A stretch of DNA of 64,000 bases from Octopus vulgaris (taxonomy: Eukaryota), in the NCBI GenBank assembly GCA_951406725.2, contig OX597814.1, positions 125,116,001 through 125,180,000 of the forward strand, written 5' to 3'. Position numbers and translations under genes: made by a program. Within the stretch, counting starts at the first letter, position 1. Every line of letters begins with the position of its first letter. The notes beneath the pieces were generated by a model that was given only the letters and a program-made list of their open reading frames with translations, searched no databases and was not told the DNA's origin. Below, piece after piece: positions 38,812 through 53,500 of the stretch.

Positions 38812-39467
38812 TAGCTGTGGAAGATAGAGGGATGCAGAAGAGTAAGGGGCAAGCAGTAAGAGTAGTAAAGATGATACAGTTGCTAAAGGGGGTGGGGGTA
38901 AGTGGGTGATATACTAATATCTAAGAGAAAAGACATAGCAGCCATAGATGGAACATACATAGTCATATGCTTGTTCAAGCAACACCAGTCATTGCACTGA
39001 TATAAAACCATCCCATTTATACAAGCATGAAAAGCAAAAAAAAACATTTTAAAGAGAATTTAAAGAAGACAGGCAGACAGATGGGATGGAGATCAGCTTC
39101 TTGCTAGGGGATGAGGAGATTACTATGAGGGAGTAGGACAGAGCAGGTAGACTTGGAGTGAGAGGGCATGTTGTTGTTGACGTAGTTAATGGCAATGAAA
39201 GGGTTTTGACAAATCTAGCTGATTGATAAACGGATCAATTAATCAAAGAATCAATTAATTAATTGGTTAAATGCTAAAATATTGATTAACTGATTAATAA
39301 TAGTAAAAGAATTGAAACAGAAGTGTGTGTGTGTATTTATTATTGACATAATGACCCACCCAAGATAAAATAAGGTATGTTTCAACACATGTGTACATAT
39401 CAAGAATCTTGCATATCTTAAATGAGTTTTAAAAAAAAGTAGAAAAACAATATGAGTGGCAGTTAAA

Positions 39468-39680
39468 GGTAGCAAGCTGGCAAAATTATTTGCATGCCAG
39501 GCAAAATATTTAGCAGCATTTTGTCTGTCTTTAGGTTCTGAGATCAAATTCCACCGATGTTGACTTTGTCTTTCATCCTTTCAGGGTTGATGAAATAAGT
39601 ACCAGTTGAGCACTGGGGTTGATGTAATTGGCTTACCCCATCCCCTGAAACTGCTAGACTTGTGCCAAAATGTGCAACCA
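39468..39680 (+). mobile_element. Diverged SINE family B
   Basis: gctggcaaaa..tttcatcctttcagggttgatgaaataagtaccag. Confidence 0.7.
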
Positions 39681-40789
39681 ATCTGAGTGGCAACTAAAAG
39701 AGTATCATGAAGCTGTGATCAATGATATTTCATGTTGTGGTTCGTTATATAACCCTAATTCCATCCTGTTTGAGCAGATCTAAAATCTAAGACAGTTCTT
39801 TTATGACCATCCTGTCTTTTAAGGGTAAGCATTAAATAGTCTAAAGGTTGTTTTTTTTTTGCTTTTTCAGAACAGCATTTTGCACTTCTCTAAAACAGTT
39901 CAGTGATTTGAGGAGCACCTGGTTGTTATTTCTAGCAGATTGAGTGACCGACCCCACAATGGTTTCATTATTGGCTCAAGACATTCCATATTCTTGAATT
40001 ATGTTACTATTTACTATTATTTTTGCTCAATGAAGTAGATTATTATTTTTTGTTTTTGAATTCCAACTCAGTTTTGTCAGTGTCTGGTGATATGTCAGTG
40101 TCTGGTGAATTTGCAGGGGAACCAATTTATGAGCTAATTAAGTTCACAATTTATATAGAAATTCAAATCTTGCATATAATAAACTAGTCTTCTCATTTCT
40201 ATCTCTGCTGTTTTCTCACTTCACTCTGTCTATCTTCTGTCTGTCTGTCTGTCTCTGTCTCTCTCTCTCTCTCTTTCCTTCTCCTTTTCACACGCACATA
40301 CACATGCTCACTCTCTCTTTCATTCTTCTCTATCACTCTTCATCCTTCTCTCCCCATGATTCAAGTTACACATCCAACTGTTTGAATTCAAATTCTTCTC
40401 CCTTCAGCACACGCTGCCCTTTACAAATACACAATAAATCTCTGCCAATTTTCCTTTCATTTATGCCAAACCCTGGAGCCGCAAACTTTGATCAACCACC
40501 AGAATATTAGTCATATCTGCAGGACACAACAGATGTACGAATAAATGCTCAACTTCATTTAACTAAAATTTCACTCCTGTCTTAAGTTAGTTTTTTCCAG
40601 ATCTAATTTTTGGTTTTCTAGATGAAGAGCAGTGACTGGAAAGATGGAACATTGTCAGATGACATTAAGTTAGATCTGAGTTCCAATCCCAACAGAATCA
40701 ACTTTATCTTTCATCCTGCGAGTGATGATATTGTCTTTACATGTCCAAGTGTACCTGAACATGTTAAATATCATTGTACATATAGGCAA

Positions 40790-40954
40790 AGGAGTGGCTG
40801 TGTGGTAAGTGACTTGCTTGTGAACCACATGGTTCTGGGTTCAGTCCCACTGCGTGGCACCTTGGGCGGGTGTTTCTACTGTAGCCTTGGGCCGACCAAG
40901 GCCTTGTGAGTGGATTTGGTGGGCAGAGACTGAAGGAGGGCCGTCGTATATATT

Positions 40955-40985
<31 letters not shown>

Positions 40986-41210
40986 GTATGTTTGTGCATC
41001 TGTGTTTGTCTCCCCAACATCGCTTGACAACCGATGCTGGTGTGTTTACGTCCCCCGTAACTTAGCAGTTCGGCGAAAGAGACCGATAGTATAAGTACTG
41101 GGCTTACAAAGAATAAGTCTTGGGAGTCGATTCATTCGACTAAAGGCACTGCTCCAGCATGGTTACAGTCAAATGACTGAAACAAGTAAAAGAGTAAAAG
41201 AGAAAGAGTA
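40790..41210 (+). mobile_element. Full-length SINE family A
   Basis: aggagtggctgtgtggtaag..ggttcagtcccactgcgtggcaccttgggc..; tail aaaagagtaaaagag. Confidence 0.85.
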
Positions 41211-41679
41211 TACCTACATTTCCTTCAGCACTGCTTAGGGCATCTCTAATTAATTCCAACTTGACAAAACTTTTTTACAATTCAGCAAATGTATCCTTTG
41301 CTGTTCTAATGTAAGAATGACCAGCTGTCAGTGGCCATGAATGACGGCTTAGTATATGTAACTGATGAAATGTAATAACATAGAAATGCGTGCCTCTTAC
41401 AGTCAGGTGACATCTTTCATGGCTTAGTGATGTGTTTACACCCATATTGTCTATAAGAAGAATTTCTTACCTCAAGATAATTTGTGCAGTGTTGTATTGT
41501 CTTTCCATGTCTAATTATGCATGAATGTGTTAAAGAAGTTTGTGTACATGTACACTTCATTATTGCTTATTGCGCCTCTAATTAAATAAGCACCAGTAAT
41601 CAACTACAGCTCTTCCCTGTAATTTGGGGTCATATGCCAATGGGAGAAATCAATATTTCTAAGCCTAAATTATATTTTT

Positions 41680-42985
41680 TCAAAAATAGTATAGATGTAG
41701 GCAAAGTTCTGTGATGTCTTTCAACCGTGTTACATTGTGGCTTTTTTTCTCCTCAACCTTCCTTTTCGAAACACTCCACAGATGTTCTATTGGATTTAAA
41801 TCAGGCAACATGGTAAGCCAAGGCAATACCTTTACCTTTTTATCTGATAAAAACTTAGTCGTCATCTTTGAAGTGTGTTTAGGGTCATTATCATATTAGA
41901 GCATGGAATGCCTTCCTAGTTCCTTGATGCTTTTCAACATTGTTTTATGAAATATGACACAAAACGCCTTGAATCCATTGTTCTCTCAATAAATGTGAGT
42001 CCTCCCTCACCAGCTGCACTCATGCATCCCCAAAGCATAACAATTTCACCGCCGTGTTTCATGGTAGGCACGGTGGATTTGTTGCTATTATCTTCACCTG
42101 GCCATCACCATACTCACTTAATACCATCTGACCCAAACAAGTTGATTTTAGTCTTGTCAGAAAAAAGAATTTTATTCCAAAACTCCTTCCCCTTACTCAC
42201 TCACATAGGTTTCACTAAAAGAAAGATGATTTGGTTTATGCCTGGTAGTGAGGAGAGGCTTCTTATGGGGAATGCATCCATGAAGACAGCCCTGATTCAA
42301 ACATAAGCAAACTGCTTGGGTGGATACACTCTTTCCACTAACAGAAGACACTTCTTGGGCCAAAGATGAAGCAGTACAATGCAAGTTGTACATCACACAA
42401 TGTTGGATGTGGCAAATATCACGTGCATTTAAAATAGAAGGATGACCTGGACATTGTTTATTGCTTCGCTGTCCAGTAGCTTTGTACTTCTGAATTACTT
42501 TGGCAACTATGATTAGGATAATATGTATTCATTTGCTAATTAACTTGTATCCTAAACCATTCTTGTGCAAATTAAAAATAATTTTCTTCAAATCTTTAGA
42601 CAATTCTTTTCCATTTGGTGCCATTTTAATCACAATGAAGATTTTCCCCCACAGTACACAAATCAGAATTCCTGCAGATGCAATAACAATGACCAGGAGA
42701 AATAATTTATTAGAATAGAAATTATCAGCAATATCTGAATTTAGTTAAAAAGGTGATCATAATATTCAATATAGCAAATTTCCTTTATGGTGTAAATATT
42801 TTTGTAATGTTTGATTCGTATCTTTGAAAATGTTTTTTGTTTTGTGTTCCAAATTTGTATAATGTTTGCTTGTATAATATATTTTATTCGGTATAATTTT
42901 GTGTGATTTCCTTTGATATTATCAGAGTAATGGCAATTTTTACTGAAATTTTTTAGGAGTGTACATACTTCTGTGAGATGCATAT
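41680..42985 (-). mobile_element. Degenerate Tc1 (DD34E) transposon, one TIR visible
   Basis: KKPLLT, ILFSDKTKINLFGSDG, TMKHGGEIVMLWGCM, PDLNPIEHLW; end gcatctcacagaagtatgtacac next to TA resembles a Tc1 TIR. Confidence 0.88.
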
Positions 42986-43007
42986 ATATATATGTAATAT
43001 AGGCATA

Positions 43008-43246
43008 AGAGTGGCTGTGTGGTAAGTAGCTTACTTACCAACCACATGCTTCCGGGTTCAGTCCCACCAACATCACTTGACAACCGATGCTGGTATGTTT
43101 ACGTCCCCGTAACTTAGCAGTTTGGCAAAAGAGACTGATAGAATAAGTACTAGGCTCACAAAGAATAAGTCCTGGGGTCGATTTGCTCAACTAAAGGTGG
43201 TACTCCAGCATGGCCATTGTCAGATGACTGAAACAAGTAAAAGAGT
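43008..43246 (+). mobile_element. Internally deleted SINE family A
   Basis: Head joined directly to the 3' half (ttgacaaccgatgctgg). Confidence 0.8.
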
Positions 43247-43255
43247 ATACATACA

Positions 43256-43340
<85 letters not shown>

Positions 43341-43372
43341 GTGTGTATATACATACATACAAATCCACATAT

Positions 43373-43406
<34 letters not shown>

Positions 43407-43409
<3 letters not shown>

Positions 43410-43735
43410 GGCACATGGCACAGTGGTTAGAGCATTGAGCCTATGATCATGAGGTTGTGCGTTTGATTCCCATACTGGGCTGTGTGCTATGTCCTTGAGC
43501 AAGACACTTTTTTGCACTTTACTCCATTTTACTCAGCTGTAGAAATGAGTTGCAACGTCATTGATGCCAAGCTGTAATCCGCCTTTGCCTTTCCCTTGGA
43601 TAACACTGGTGGTGTGGAAAGAGAAGGCTGGTATGCATGGGTGACTACTGTTATTCTATAAACAACCTTGCCGAGACTTGTGCCTCTGAGGGTAACTTTC
43701 TAGGTGCAATCTTATGGTCATTCATATCTGAAGGG
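43407..43735 (+). mobile_element. tRNA-derived SINE (CORE/V-like head)
   Basis: gaaggcacatggcacagtggttagagc..tgtccttgagcaagacac. Confidence 0.65.
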
Positions 43736-43838
43736 ATCACCCCCTTTTGATATATATATGTATACACACATACATGCATACATACATATATGAATCAAAC
43801 TGTTTTGATCCATATACATATATATGCTTTAAATAAAG

Positions 43839-43870
<32 letters not shown>

Positions 43871-43904
43871 TGTATATGTATGTGCGTGTACATATATATA
43901 TAGT

Positions 43905-45179
43905 GCTTTTTATATACCACTGGCATGGGAGCCAGTCAGGCTGCACTGGCATTGGCCACATTTGGATGGTGCTTTTTACATAATACTGGCACACCGGCAT
44001 AGGAGCCAGTTGGGGCACAGGGCTGACATCAACCACATTCGGATGCCACCAGCATGGGAGCCAGTCAGGTTGCACTGGCATTGGCCACAACTACAATTTC
44101 CTTTTGATTGTGATTCAATTTGATTTTGATTATACTTGACTCAATAGGTCTCCTCAATCATGGCATGTCTCCTGGCGATTCAAAGGTGCTTATTAAATGG
44201 ACTCATTATGCGACACTGGTGTGGGCTATGGCTGTGATCTCACTTTACTTACTGGGTCTTCTCGATCACAGCATATCTCCAGAGGTCTCGGTCTTTTGTC
44301 ATTGCCTCTATGCAGCCCAACATTCAAAGGTCATGCTTTACCACCTCATCCCATGTCTTCCTGGGTCTCCCATTTCCATAGGTTGCTTCCACTGTTAGAG
44401 AACGACACATCTTCACACAGCTCTTCTCATCCATACTCAGCACATGATCAGTGTAGTCATCTCTCATGCACACCACACCTGATGCTTCTTATGTCCAGCA
44501 TTTCTCTCAGGGTGCTTACACTCTGTCGTGTGTGCACACTGACATTACACATCCAGCAGATCATACTAGCTTAATTTCTTTCAAGCCTATGCATGTCTTC
44601 AGCAGTTACAGCCCCTGCTTCACTGCCATGTAGTATCGCAGTTTGCACACATGCATCATACAATCTCCCTTTCACTCAGAGCGAGAGGCCCTTTGTCACC
44701 AGCAGAAGTAGGAGCTTTCTGAACTTTGCCCAGGCTATTCTTATTCTAGTGGCAATGCTCTCCAAACATTCACCCCCACTACAGACTTAGTCACCTAGGT
44801 AGCGGAAGCTATCAAATACTTCTAGTTTCTCCCCCTGGAATGTGATAGAATCTGTTTTCTAAGCATCTGTGGTGTTTATTGCCCCTGTGCATCTGCCACA
44901 CACAAAAGCTAACTTCCCGGTTAAGCTTCCTTTGATGTTGCTGAACCTCTTACGCATCCATGGCTTTCAATGGATACATCATATGGAGTTTCTACCTACA
45001 TCTTTTCTACAGATCAAGCAGGGCAATCTACATGAAGAGGTTTGTGATGTGTTCACCTTCCTACTTACTAGAACTTTGGTCTTTGCTACATTGACTCTAA
45101 GGCCCTTTGATACTAAACCTTGCTTCCACACCTGAAATTTCTTCTCTAGTTCTGGTAGGGATTCTGCTATGAGAGCAGA
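43905..45179 (-). mobile_element. RTE-clade LINE 3' half (degenerate)
   Basis: LIAESLPELEKKFQVWKQGLVSKGLRVNVAKTKVL..FRYLGD..; same 3' UTR repeats as 35029-35825. Confidence 0.85.
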
Positions 45180-45190
45180 ATTTTCCTCAA

Positions 45191-45234
45191 GACACCTGAT
45201 AAAGGCTGGAGGGTATCAGCTGAAACGTTGTGTT
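45191..45234 (+). ncRNA. Degenerate minimal hammerhead in a short Penelope-type end fragment (45180-45315) ending at (TA)n
   Basis: gacac-CTGATAA-aggctggagggtatcagct-GAAA-cg-TT-gtgtt; G8 mutated. Confidence 0.55.
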
Positions 45235-45729
45235 AACAACAAACAAGATGAGGACAAATATCTGTCAAATGTAAATAATGTAAATAATTCCTCATCTCTT
45301 AAATATAGAACTGTATTATATATATATATATATATATATCATCATGATCACCATCATTTAAGATCCATGTTCCGTACATGTATAAGTCCAACAATTTGAC
45401 AAGATCCAGTGGACCCAGACACTGCGTCATGCTCCTGTGACTGTTCCAGTATGGTTTCTACAACTGGATCCCCTTGCTAACACCAACCCTTTTACAGTGT
45501 GTACTGAGTGCTTTTAATGCCCTAAGTATCAATGAGGCTTCTATACAGTTTGTAAAACTATGAACTCTGATGTGACATGTTTATAGTAGGAGATATGGAA
45601 TCAAAGATTGAGAAAAGGGATCAATCAGAGCAGGTTTTATGTTAAAGACAAGCTGCATGACTATTCACATTTTAGAAGAGAGGCTGGGAATGACCAAGCA
45701 CAGCTGGAAAATGATGAAAATATTGGTGA

Positions 45730-45960
45730 AGGTGGTGAGCTGGCAGAATCGTTAGCATACCAGGCAAAATGCTTAACGGTATTTCATTTGCTGCTACGTT
45801 CTGCGTTCAAATTCTGCCAAGATCGGCTTTGCTTTTCATCCTTTCAGGGTTGATTAAATAAGTACCATTTATGCACTGGGGATGATTTAATCGACTTAGT
45901 TTCTTTGTCTATCCTTGTTTATCATCTCTATGTTTAGCCCCTTGTGGGCAATAAAGAATT
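45730..45960 (+). mobile_element. SINE family B, single unit
   Basis: ggtggtgagctggcagaatcgttagc..ttagccccttgtggg. Confidence 0.75.
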
Positions 45961-47059
45961 AGATATTGATGATGAGGTGTCACACTGAACCTTCAAAGTA
46001 TGAAGTGGGTAGAAATTAGTGGTGCAGAAGGACCTGGAGTGAAAGGGACATGTATGTGTATGTGTGTGTGTGTGTATGTTTGTGTGTGTGCATACACACA
46101 TATATATATATATAAATGTGTGTGTATGTGTGTGTTTCCTTATGTTTATATTTACACCACTTAACAACCAGTAATATTTGTTTCTTTACTGTAACCTAGT
46201 GATTCAACAGATACAGGTAAATAAATACCAGACATAAAAGTAAATACAAGGGTGGGGAGGGTGATATGAGCCAATAAACACTTGAAGGCATTGCTCCAGC
46301 ATGACCACAATTCAGTGACTGAAACCAGTAAAAAAGAATCAAAGAGTCAAATAAACAATAATAATTTTCTCAGGAAGTCAGTGTTTTCAAGAAAAACACT
46401 GATTCTTTTAGTTTTTGTTTAGTGATTTCTTTTTTTACTTGTTTATATTGATTTCTTCCAGAGAAAAATATTTCCAGTCGAATCAACATCATCATCATCA
46501 TCATCATCATCATTATTATTATAATCATTCAATATCTATGCCCCATGCTCACATGGGTTGGACAGTTTGATATGATTCAATGAGCCTCTGTCGGTTTTAT
46601 GCTCCAGTGTCTACCTTAACATGGTTTCTACACCTGAAAGCCCCACTTAATGCTAACCACCTAACAAGGCATTTGGATGCTTTTTTTCATCCCATCAGCA
46701 CTAGTGAGACTTCCCTGCAGCTTGCAAGACAATAAACCCCAAATGGACTGTTTTATTTTCAGAAATAAAGAACAAGATTATGAGAGAACAAACCAGATCA
46801 AAACAGGTTTTTTACTATAAATAATTTACATGAATATTAGTGGCATTTATGGAACCTGCCCAAAGGTCATGAGTTTTAATGTACTACTTACATTCTGTTG
46901 TACTTCTGAACAGAGCATGGTATTCTACATTACCTCTGTGGTTCCCTTTGGTGTTAGGAATGAGTACCAAATCAATCTGAGAATTCTCAACCTCAAACTG
47001 TCAATCCATCAATCTAATAATTGATTTGTGTCATTAGATCCAAGATAGTATGTGATAGT

Positions 47060-47380
47060 TGTGTAGCACCATTTGAGCATGATCGTTACCAGCATCGCCT
47101 TACTGACACTTGTGCCGGTGTGCAGGTGGCACAAAAGAAAACACCATTTGGGCATGGCCGTTGCCAGGACCGCCTGACTGGCCCTCGTGCCGGTGGCACA
47201 TAAAAGTACCCACTACACTCTCGGAGTGGTTGGTGTTAGGAAGGGCATCCAGCTGTAGAAACTCTGCCAGATCAAGATTGGAGCCTGGTGCAATGATCTT
47301 GTTCACCAGTCCTCAGTCAGATTGTCCAACCCATGCCAGCATGGAAAGCGGGCGTTAAACGATGATGATGATGATGATGA
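47060..47380 (+). mobile_element. RTE 3' UTR fragment with (GAT)n tail
   Basis: Matches 35480-35820; ends gttaaac(gat)n. Confidence 0.8.
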
Positions 47381-48191
47381 TACACACACACACACACACG
47401 CACACACAGTATACGCAATCATTGAAGGAGTCAGTCTCACAAGATACTCAGAGTAATATGTATCTCCATAAGAGCATTAGATCCTAAATTAATTTTCATA
47501 TCTGTATATTTGACTGAGACAGAATTATGGTTGCAAGAAGAGAAATGTATCCATTTTACTGTGTAAGGTGTGATCAAGTTGGACAGACATTAAGAACTAT
47601 TTGATCTCAAACAATCAATATTTGTTTGTGCTAACGACATCCCCTCAGAGGTGATGACAGTGTCAATCGAAAACATTCATCCTGCTGTGCCTCCAGCACA
47701 TTGTTTGTCATGGGAGGGGATGTCAACACGGATACAAGAAAGGCTGACAACACTGATACAAGAAAGGCAGACCCTGTGGCACTGAGGGCACTGTAAGTGA
47801 CCCCAAACAACAGCCACAGGTGGTTGATGATGACATTTCCTCCTCCCTTCATGTAGCCTCCTTCGTTCGATTTCATAGCACTTCACTCCAACATCACACA
47901 CAGACATCCATGCATTCTGATTAACAGCCAGAGGCTCCAACTGACTGATTTATCAACATGATTATTAGCTGCCATTAGCACTCACTATTTGATGTCTTAT
48001 ATAGTGTCTACATGAAACCAGTATTCAAAGTTATACACAGCAAATTTTCTCTCATATACAGCAACTGCTTGTAATTACAATGTCACTATTCAGTGTTATA
48101 TATACAGTGACTTTCCCTCTTATATATAGTAACTGCTTCAAATTACATTCAATGCCATATTTAGTGTATTTTCTTTCTCTTATATAGTAGG

Positions 48192-49689
48192 AGGAGTGGC
48201 AGTGTGGTAAGCAGCTTGCTTACAAGTCACATGGTTCCGGGTTCAGTCCCACTGCGTGACACCTTGGGCAAGAGTCTTCTACTATAGCCTCGGGCCATCC
48301 AAAGCCTTGTCAGTGGATTTGGTAGACGGAAACTGAAAGAAGCCCATCGTATCTATGTATATATATATATATGTATGTGTGCGTATATGTTTGTGTATGT
48401 GTGTGTGTGTGTGTGTGTTTTGTCCCCCCACAATATCACTTGACAACTGATGCTGGTGTGTTTACATCCTTGTAACTTAGCACTTGGGCAAAAGAGACCA
48501 ATAGAATAAGTGCCAGACTTATAAAAGATAAGTCCTGGGGTCGATTTGCTCGACTAAAAGCAGTGCTCCAGCATGGCCACACTCAAATGACTAAAACAAG
48601 TAAAAGAAAAAGAGAATAAAAGAATAACTACTTGAAATCACTTTAAGCCTGTATCCAGTGTCATATACACTGATTTCTACTTTTATACACATTAACTTTG
48701 TGGCTGTCATCATCATCATCATTATCATCGTTTAACGTCCGTTTTCCATGCTAGCAGGGTCTGGGAAGCCAGGAGGCTGTACCAGGCTGTACCAGGCTCC
48801 AGGTTGGAAATTTGCTTCCTAACCACATGGTTCCAGGTTTAGTCCCCACTGTATGGGGCCTTGAGCAAGTGTCTTCTACTGAAGCCTCAGATCAACCAAA
48901 GATTTGTAAGTGGATTTAGTTAAAGGAAACTGAAAGAAGCCCATATTTTATGTGTGTGTGTGTGTGTCAGTGTTTGTGTATGTATGTGTATGTGTGTGTG
49001 TGTGTGCGTGCATGTCTGTGTATGTTTGTCTTTGTGTCTGTGTTTGATTAACTACAAGCACCACCACTTGACAACTAGTGTTGGTGTGTCTATGTGCCTG
49101 TAACTTAGCAGTTCAACCAAAGGGACTGATTGAATAAAAATCAATCTTTACAAGAAAATAGCACTGGGGTTGACTTATGTGACAAAGATTCATAGTAGTG
49201 CCCCAGTATGGCCACAGTCTAATAACTGAAACAAATAAAAGATAGAAGTCATATTCATTCAATGATCAATATCATTTTAATGTTCTACTCTTTTACTCTT
49301 TTACTTGTTTCAGTCATTTGACTGTAGCCATGCTGGAGCACCACCTTTAGTCGAGCAAATCAACCCCAGGACTTATTCTTTGTAAACCTAGTACTTATTA
49401 TATTGGTCTCTTTTTGCTGAACGGCTAAGCTATGGGGGCGTAAACTCACCAGCATCGGTTGTCAAGCGATGTTGGGGGGACAAACTCAGACACACAAACA
49501 TATACACACACATACACATATATACATATATATGACGAGCTTCTTTCAGTTTCCATCTACCAAATCCACTCACAAGGCTTTGGACGGCCTGAGTCAATAG
49601 TAGAAGACACTTGCCCAAAGTGCCACACAGTGGGACTGAACCCGGAACCATGTGGTTGGTAAGCAAGCTACTTACCACACAGCCACTCA
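48192..49689. mobile_element. Cluster of three SINE family A copies (48192-48625 +, ~48800-49245 +, 49285-49689 -)
   Basis: Shared head, CORE-like ccttgggcaag and tail blocks. Confidence 0.8.
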
Positions 49690-49911
49690 TGTTTTATGCA
49701 ATTCTTATTCACAAGAGTAGCTAAAGGTGAGCAGAGAGGGCAGTCCTCCCTGAATGGTACTTTTATGGGGGCAGCACCACTTCTGGGTCTGCTGTGGGCA
49801 ATAATTATTTTTTGTGGATACCCAGGTGGCAAGTGAAGGGCTGCCCCAGATGGCAAACACTCTAGCTATTGTAGTGTTCTTATTTAAAGTTTTTATTTAG
49901 TGAATAATAAT

Positions 49912-50505
49912 CCTTCCTACTATAGACACGATGCCTGAAATTTGGGGGAGGGGTATAGTGGATTACATTGAACCCTGTGTCTCACTGGTACTTAATTCAT
50001 CAACCCCAAAAGGATGAAAGGCAAAGGCAACCTCAGCAGAATTTGAATTCAGAATGTAGCAACAAACAAAATACCTATTTCTTTACTACCCACATGGGGC
50101 TAAACACAGAGAGGACAAACAAGGACAGACAAACGGATTAAGTCGATTACATCGACCCTAGTGCGTAACTGGTACTTAATTTATCGAACCCGAAAGGATG
50201 AAAAGCAAAGTTGACCTCCGTGGAATTTGAACTCACAACATAACGGCAGACAAAATACCGATAAGCATTTCGCCTGGCATGCTAACGATTCTTTTCTACT
50301 CTAGGCACAAGGCCCATAATTTTTGGGGGTGGGTGCCAGTCGATTAGATCGACCTCAGTACGTAACTGGTACTTAATTTATCAACCTCGAAAGGATGAAA
50401 GGCAAAGTTGACCTTGGTGGAATGTGAACTTAGAACATAAAGACAGACGAAATACTGCCAAGCATTTTGCTAATGATTCTGCCAGTTCATGCTAACGATT
50501 CTGTC
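49912..50505 (-). mobile_element. SINE family B multimer/cluster
   Basis: Three recurrences of ctggtacttaatt..aaaggatgaaaggcaaag. Confidence 0.8.
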
Positions 50506-53500
50506 AGTTAATTTAGTAACTAATAATGCCTTATACAGTCAGTGTTCTGTGTTTAATAAGATGAAAGTTTAAGGAATAGTTACAGATGTTGGTAACAAAG
50601 TGTTTCTCTCACCTTGCAAAGCTATACAAAGCTTACCATGTAAAACTATATAATGCAGTGATTCTCAACCAAGGAAACACAACCCTTAGGTGGGGAGCCA
50701 TATAAGATTTTATTGTTGTGCAATAACTTGGTACCACTTCTACTATACACAAAATATTTTAAACCATTTTTATACAATCCCTAATAATATGTCATTATAA
50801 AAATACAACAGAATTGTTTTTAAACATCAAATGGCTATGGGGTTCCAGTTGAGTAAAATGGAAACCAAAGAGATTCATAGAAAGAAAATGATTGAATGCT
50901 TTGATATAAAGCATATGAAAAAGTGAGGTAAGAGCATAGTTTTTGTTGTTGCTGGAAAGTAATTAGGAGAGCATGATATGTTGGATGAGAAATGATAACC
51001 TTCATTAAATGTAAAACACTAATGAGCTGAGAGAATGACAGAGTATTAAAGACATTAGATGATAGATGCTGGAGATGTATTACTATGATTGTATGTGATG
51101 GCATCTCGCTCAGGTGTGACAATGACCTTTCAGTAGTTCAATCAAATAGGAATTGTCTCTAGTAATTAAAATGTAAGTGGCTGAGTATTCCACAGACAGT
51201 GCACCCCTAAAGTAATTCCCAAGCTGAATCCTCATGATCACACTATCATCATCATCATCATCATCATCATCATTGTCATAATTTAACCTTCGTTATACAC
51301 GCTAGCATGGGTTGGGCAATTTGACAAGAACTGGCAAGCCAGAAGTTTGCACCAAGCTCCAATGTCTGTTTGGGTGTGGTTTCTATGGCTGGATGCCCTT
51401 CCTAATGCCAACCACTTTTCAGAGTGCAGTAGGTACTTTTTAAGTGGTACCAACAGCCACAATGGTATACATATATTGTAATCAAACACAGTGAGTGCCG
51501 TATGAATCAGTGGCTTTCTGTATTGACATAGAAAAGTTAGTAATTCACAATAGAGAGGACAAACCAATAAGGTATGTTTAGAAGTGATACAGTTACCCAA
51601 GATGCCCTAAGCCTCGTATATAAGATAGCATTCTGAGACATGCTGTCGTGCAGAACCGACCTGCATGGAAGAAAAAGTAGTTGATGATGATGATCCTCCT
51701 CCTCCTCTTCATCACTATCATCATCATCATCATCATCATGTTGATTAATGGTATTTTTGTTATTGTTTGTGTTATCCTTTCATCCTTTCGGGGTCGATTA
51801 AATAAGTACCAGTTATGCACTGGGGTCGATATAATTGACTTAATCCATTCTTGTTTGTCCTCTCTGTGTTTAGCCCCTTGTGGGTAGTAAAGAAATAGGT
51901 ATTCCGGTTGTTACTGTTGTTGGCAGTGGTGGTGGTAGTAGTTGTGATGAGGAAGAGGAAGAAGAAGAGAAGGACAATGGTGGTTGTAGTGGTGATGACA
52001 ATGATGACACCGGTTGTAGTGATGACGATGATGATTTCTACAGCAATAACGATGAAAATGTAGGTCACTATTTCACGTCTTGTACAGTTTTAAATATGTT
52101 GTATAGACACAGCGACTATTTCATGATTTTTAAAAATATTTATTTATATATATGTTATATGCACACACACACACACACACACACATGCTATATATATATG
52201 TACAGTGACTATTAGATACCTTCCTTATTCAGTAATATTTCTGTTGCCTCAAGCAGTTTACTAATTAAATATATCAGGCTTTCTGTAAGAAGAACTGAAA
52301 GCAACTTCGATCAATGTAAATCTAAGTCAGCAGTTCTCAGATATTTAGCTATCATATTTTTACTTTACTTTTTCCAGATTCGATTTTGTTTGGGCAAGAA
52401 CCATTGACAAGTGAATCAATAAACACTGCGGGGATGTTTTTCAGGATTACACGAGATTATATTCAGGATTAGAGAGCAACCATATGGTGCCAATATTACG
52501 ACACTTTCAATTCAAAAAGACTTATCTTTGATAACTCACACTCGAATAAATCAGAAATATATTACTGCAAAACCGAATAACAGACAGAGTTGGGGACATT
52601 GAGATGCTGGTTTGGCTGTGAGATATAGAGACATACAACAGAGTTTTGGGTGCAACAGGAAGTAAGAGGAAGCAGAAAGGAGACAGGACTTGGAGAAAAA
52701 AATGTATATAATATGGTATATACAGGAAAATAAAAGATTGGAGAAAGTGAATGAAATAAAACAAGAAAACCATTCTGAAAATAATCAAATTTTTTTTTCT
52801 TTTGTAATTGTATTACTATTCTATAAGATAGACTTGTTTGTTACTGTGAGCAGTGTGAAATGAGATACGTGGAGGTAAAGCCATTGAATGGGAGGAACAT
52901 ATCCTGTGCCAATAGCTCTTTGTGTGTGTGTGTGTGTGTGTGCGCGAGTCTTTGTGCTTCAGTTTTTACATAAGTGGTTGTGTGCCTGTGTGTGCGTATG
53001 AGTGTGTGTCCTTTCAGTTCTTGCATATGCATCTGTGTGCATATGAGTATGTGTATGAAGTGGGTACGAATTGTGTGTACTCATAGGTTGAACAACATGT
53101 AAACAAACAGGAATTTTTGTATATACACAGATTTACACATACATACGTACAAACATACAAGTATGTATGCAAATATGCACACACACACACACACTCACAC
53201 ACACATACACACACACACACACACTTATACACACACTAATGCTTCACTATTTGCTTATACAAATGTGTGCATGTGCTCAGTTTTGCTAATATCTATTGAT
53301 TTATATACAGAAATATATTCATATATATGTATACATTTATAGATGTTTATACATTTGCCTCAATGTGTATGTTTGAGATTTACGAGTTTATATTGATTAC
53401 TATACATATATATTTATATCTACATATATATTTACATTTATGCGTGTATATAATTTTTCCTGTTATTGTAACTTTGTACGCTCTCATGTGTGCTTGTGTG

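Noticed and set aside
51880-52215. Acidic (D/E-rich) 111-aa ORF
   Set aside because: Begins inside a SINE tail and runs through GAT/GAA/GGT simple repeats.
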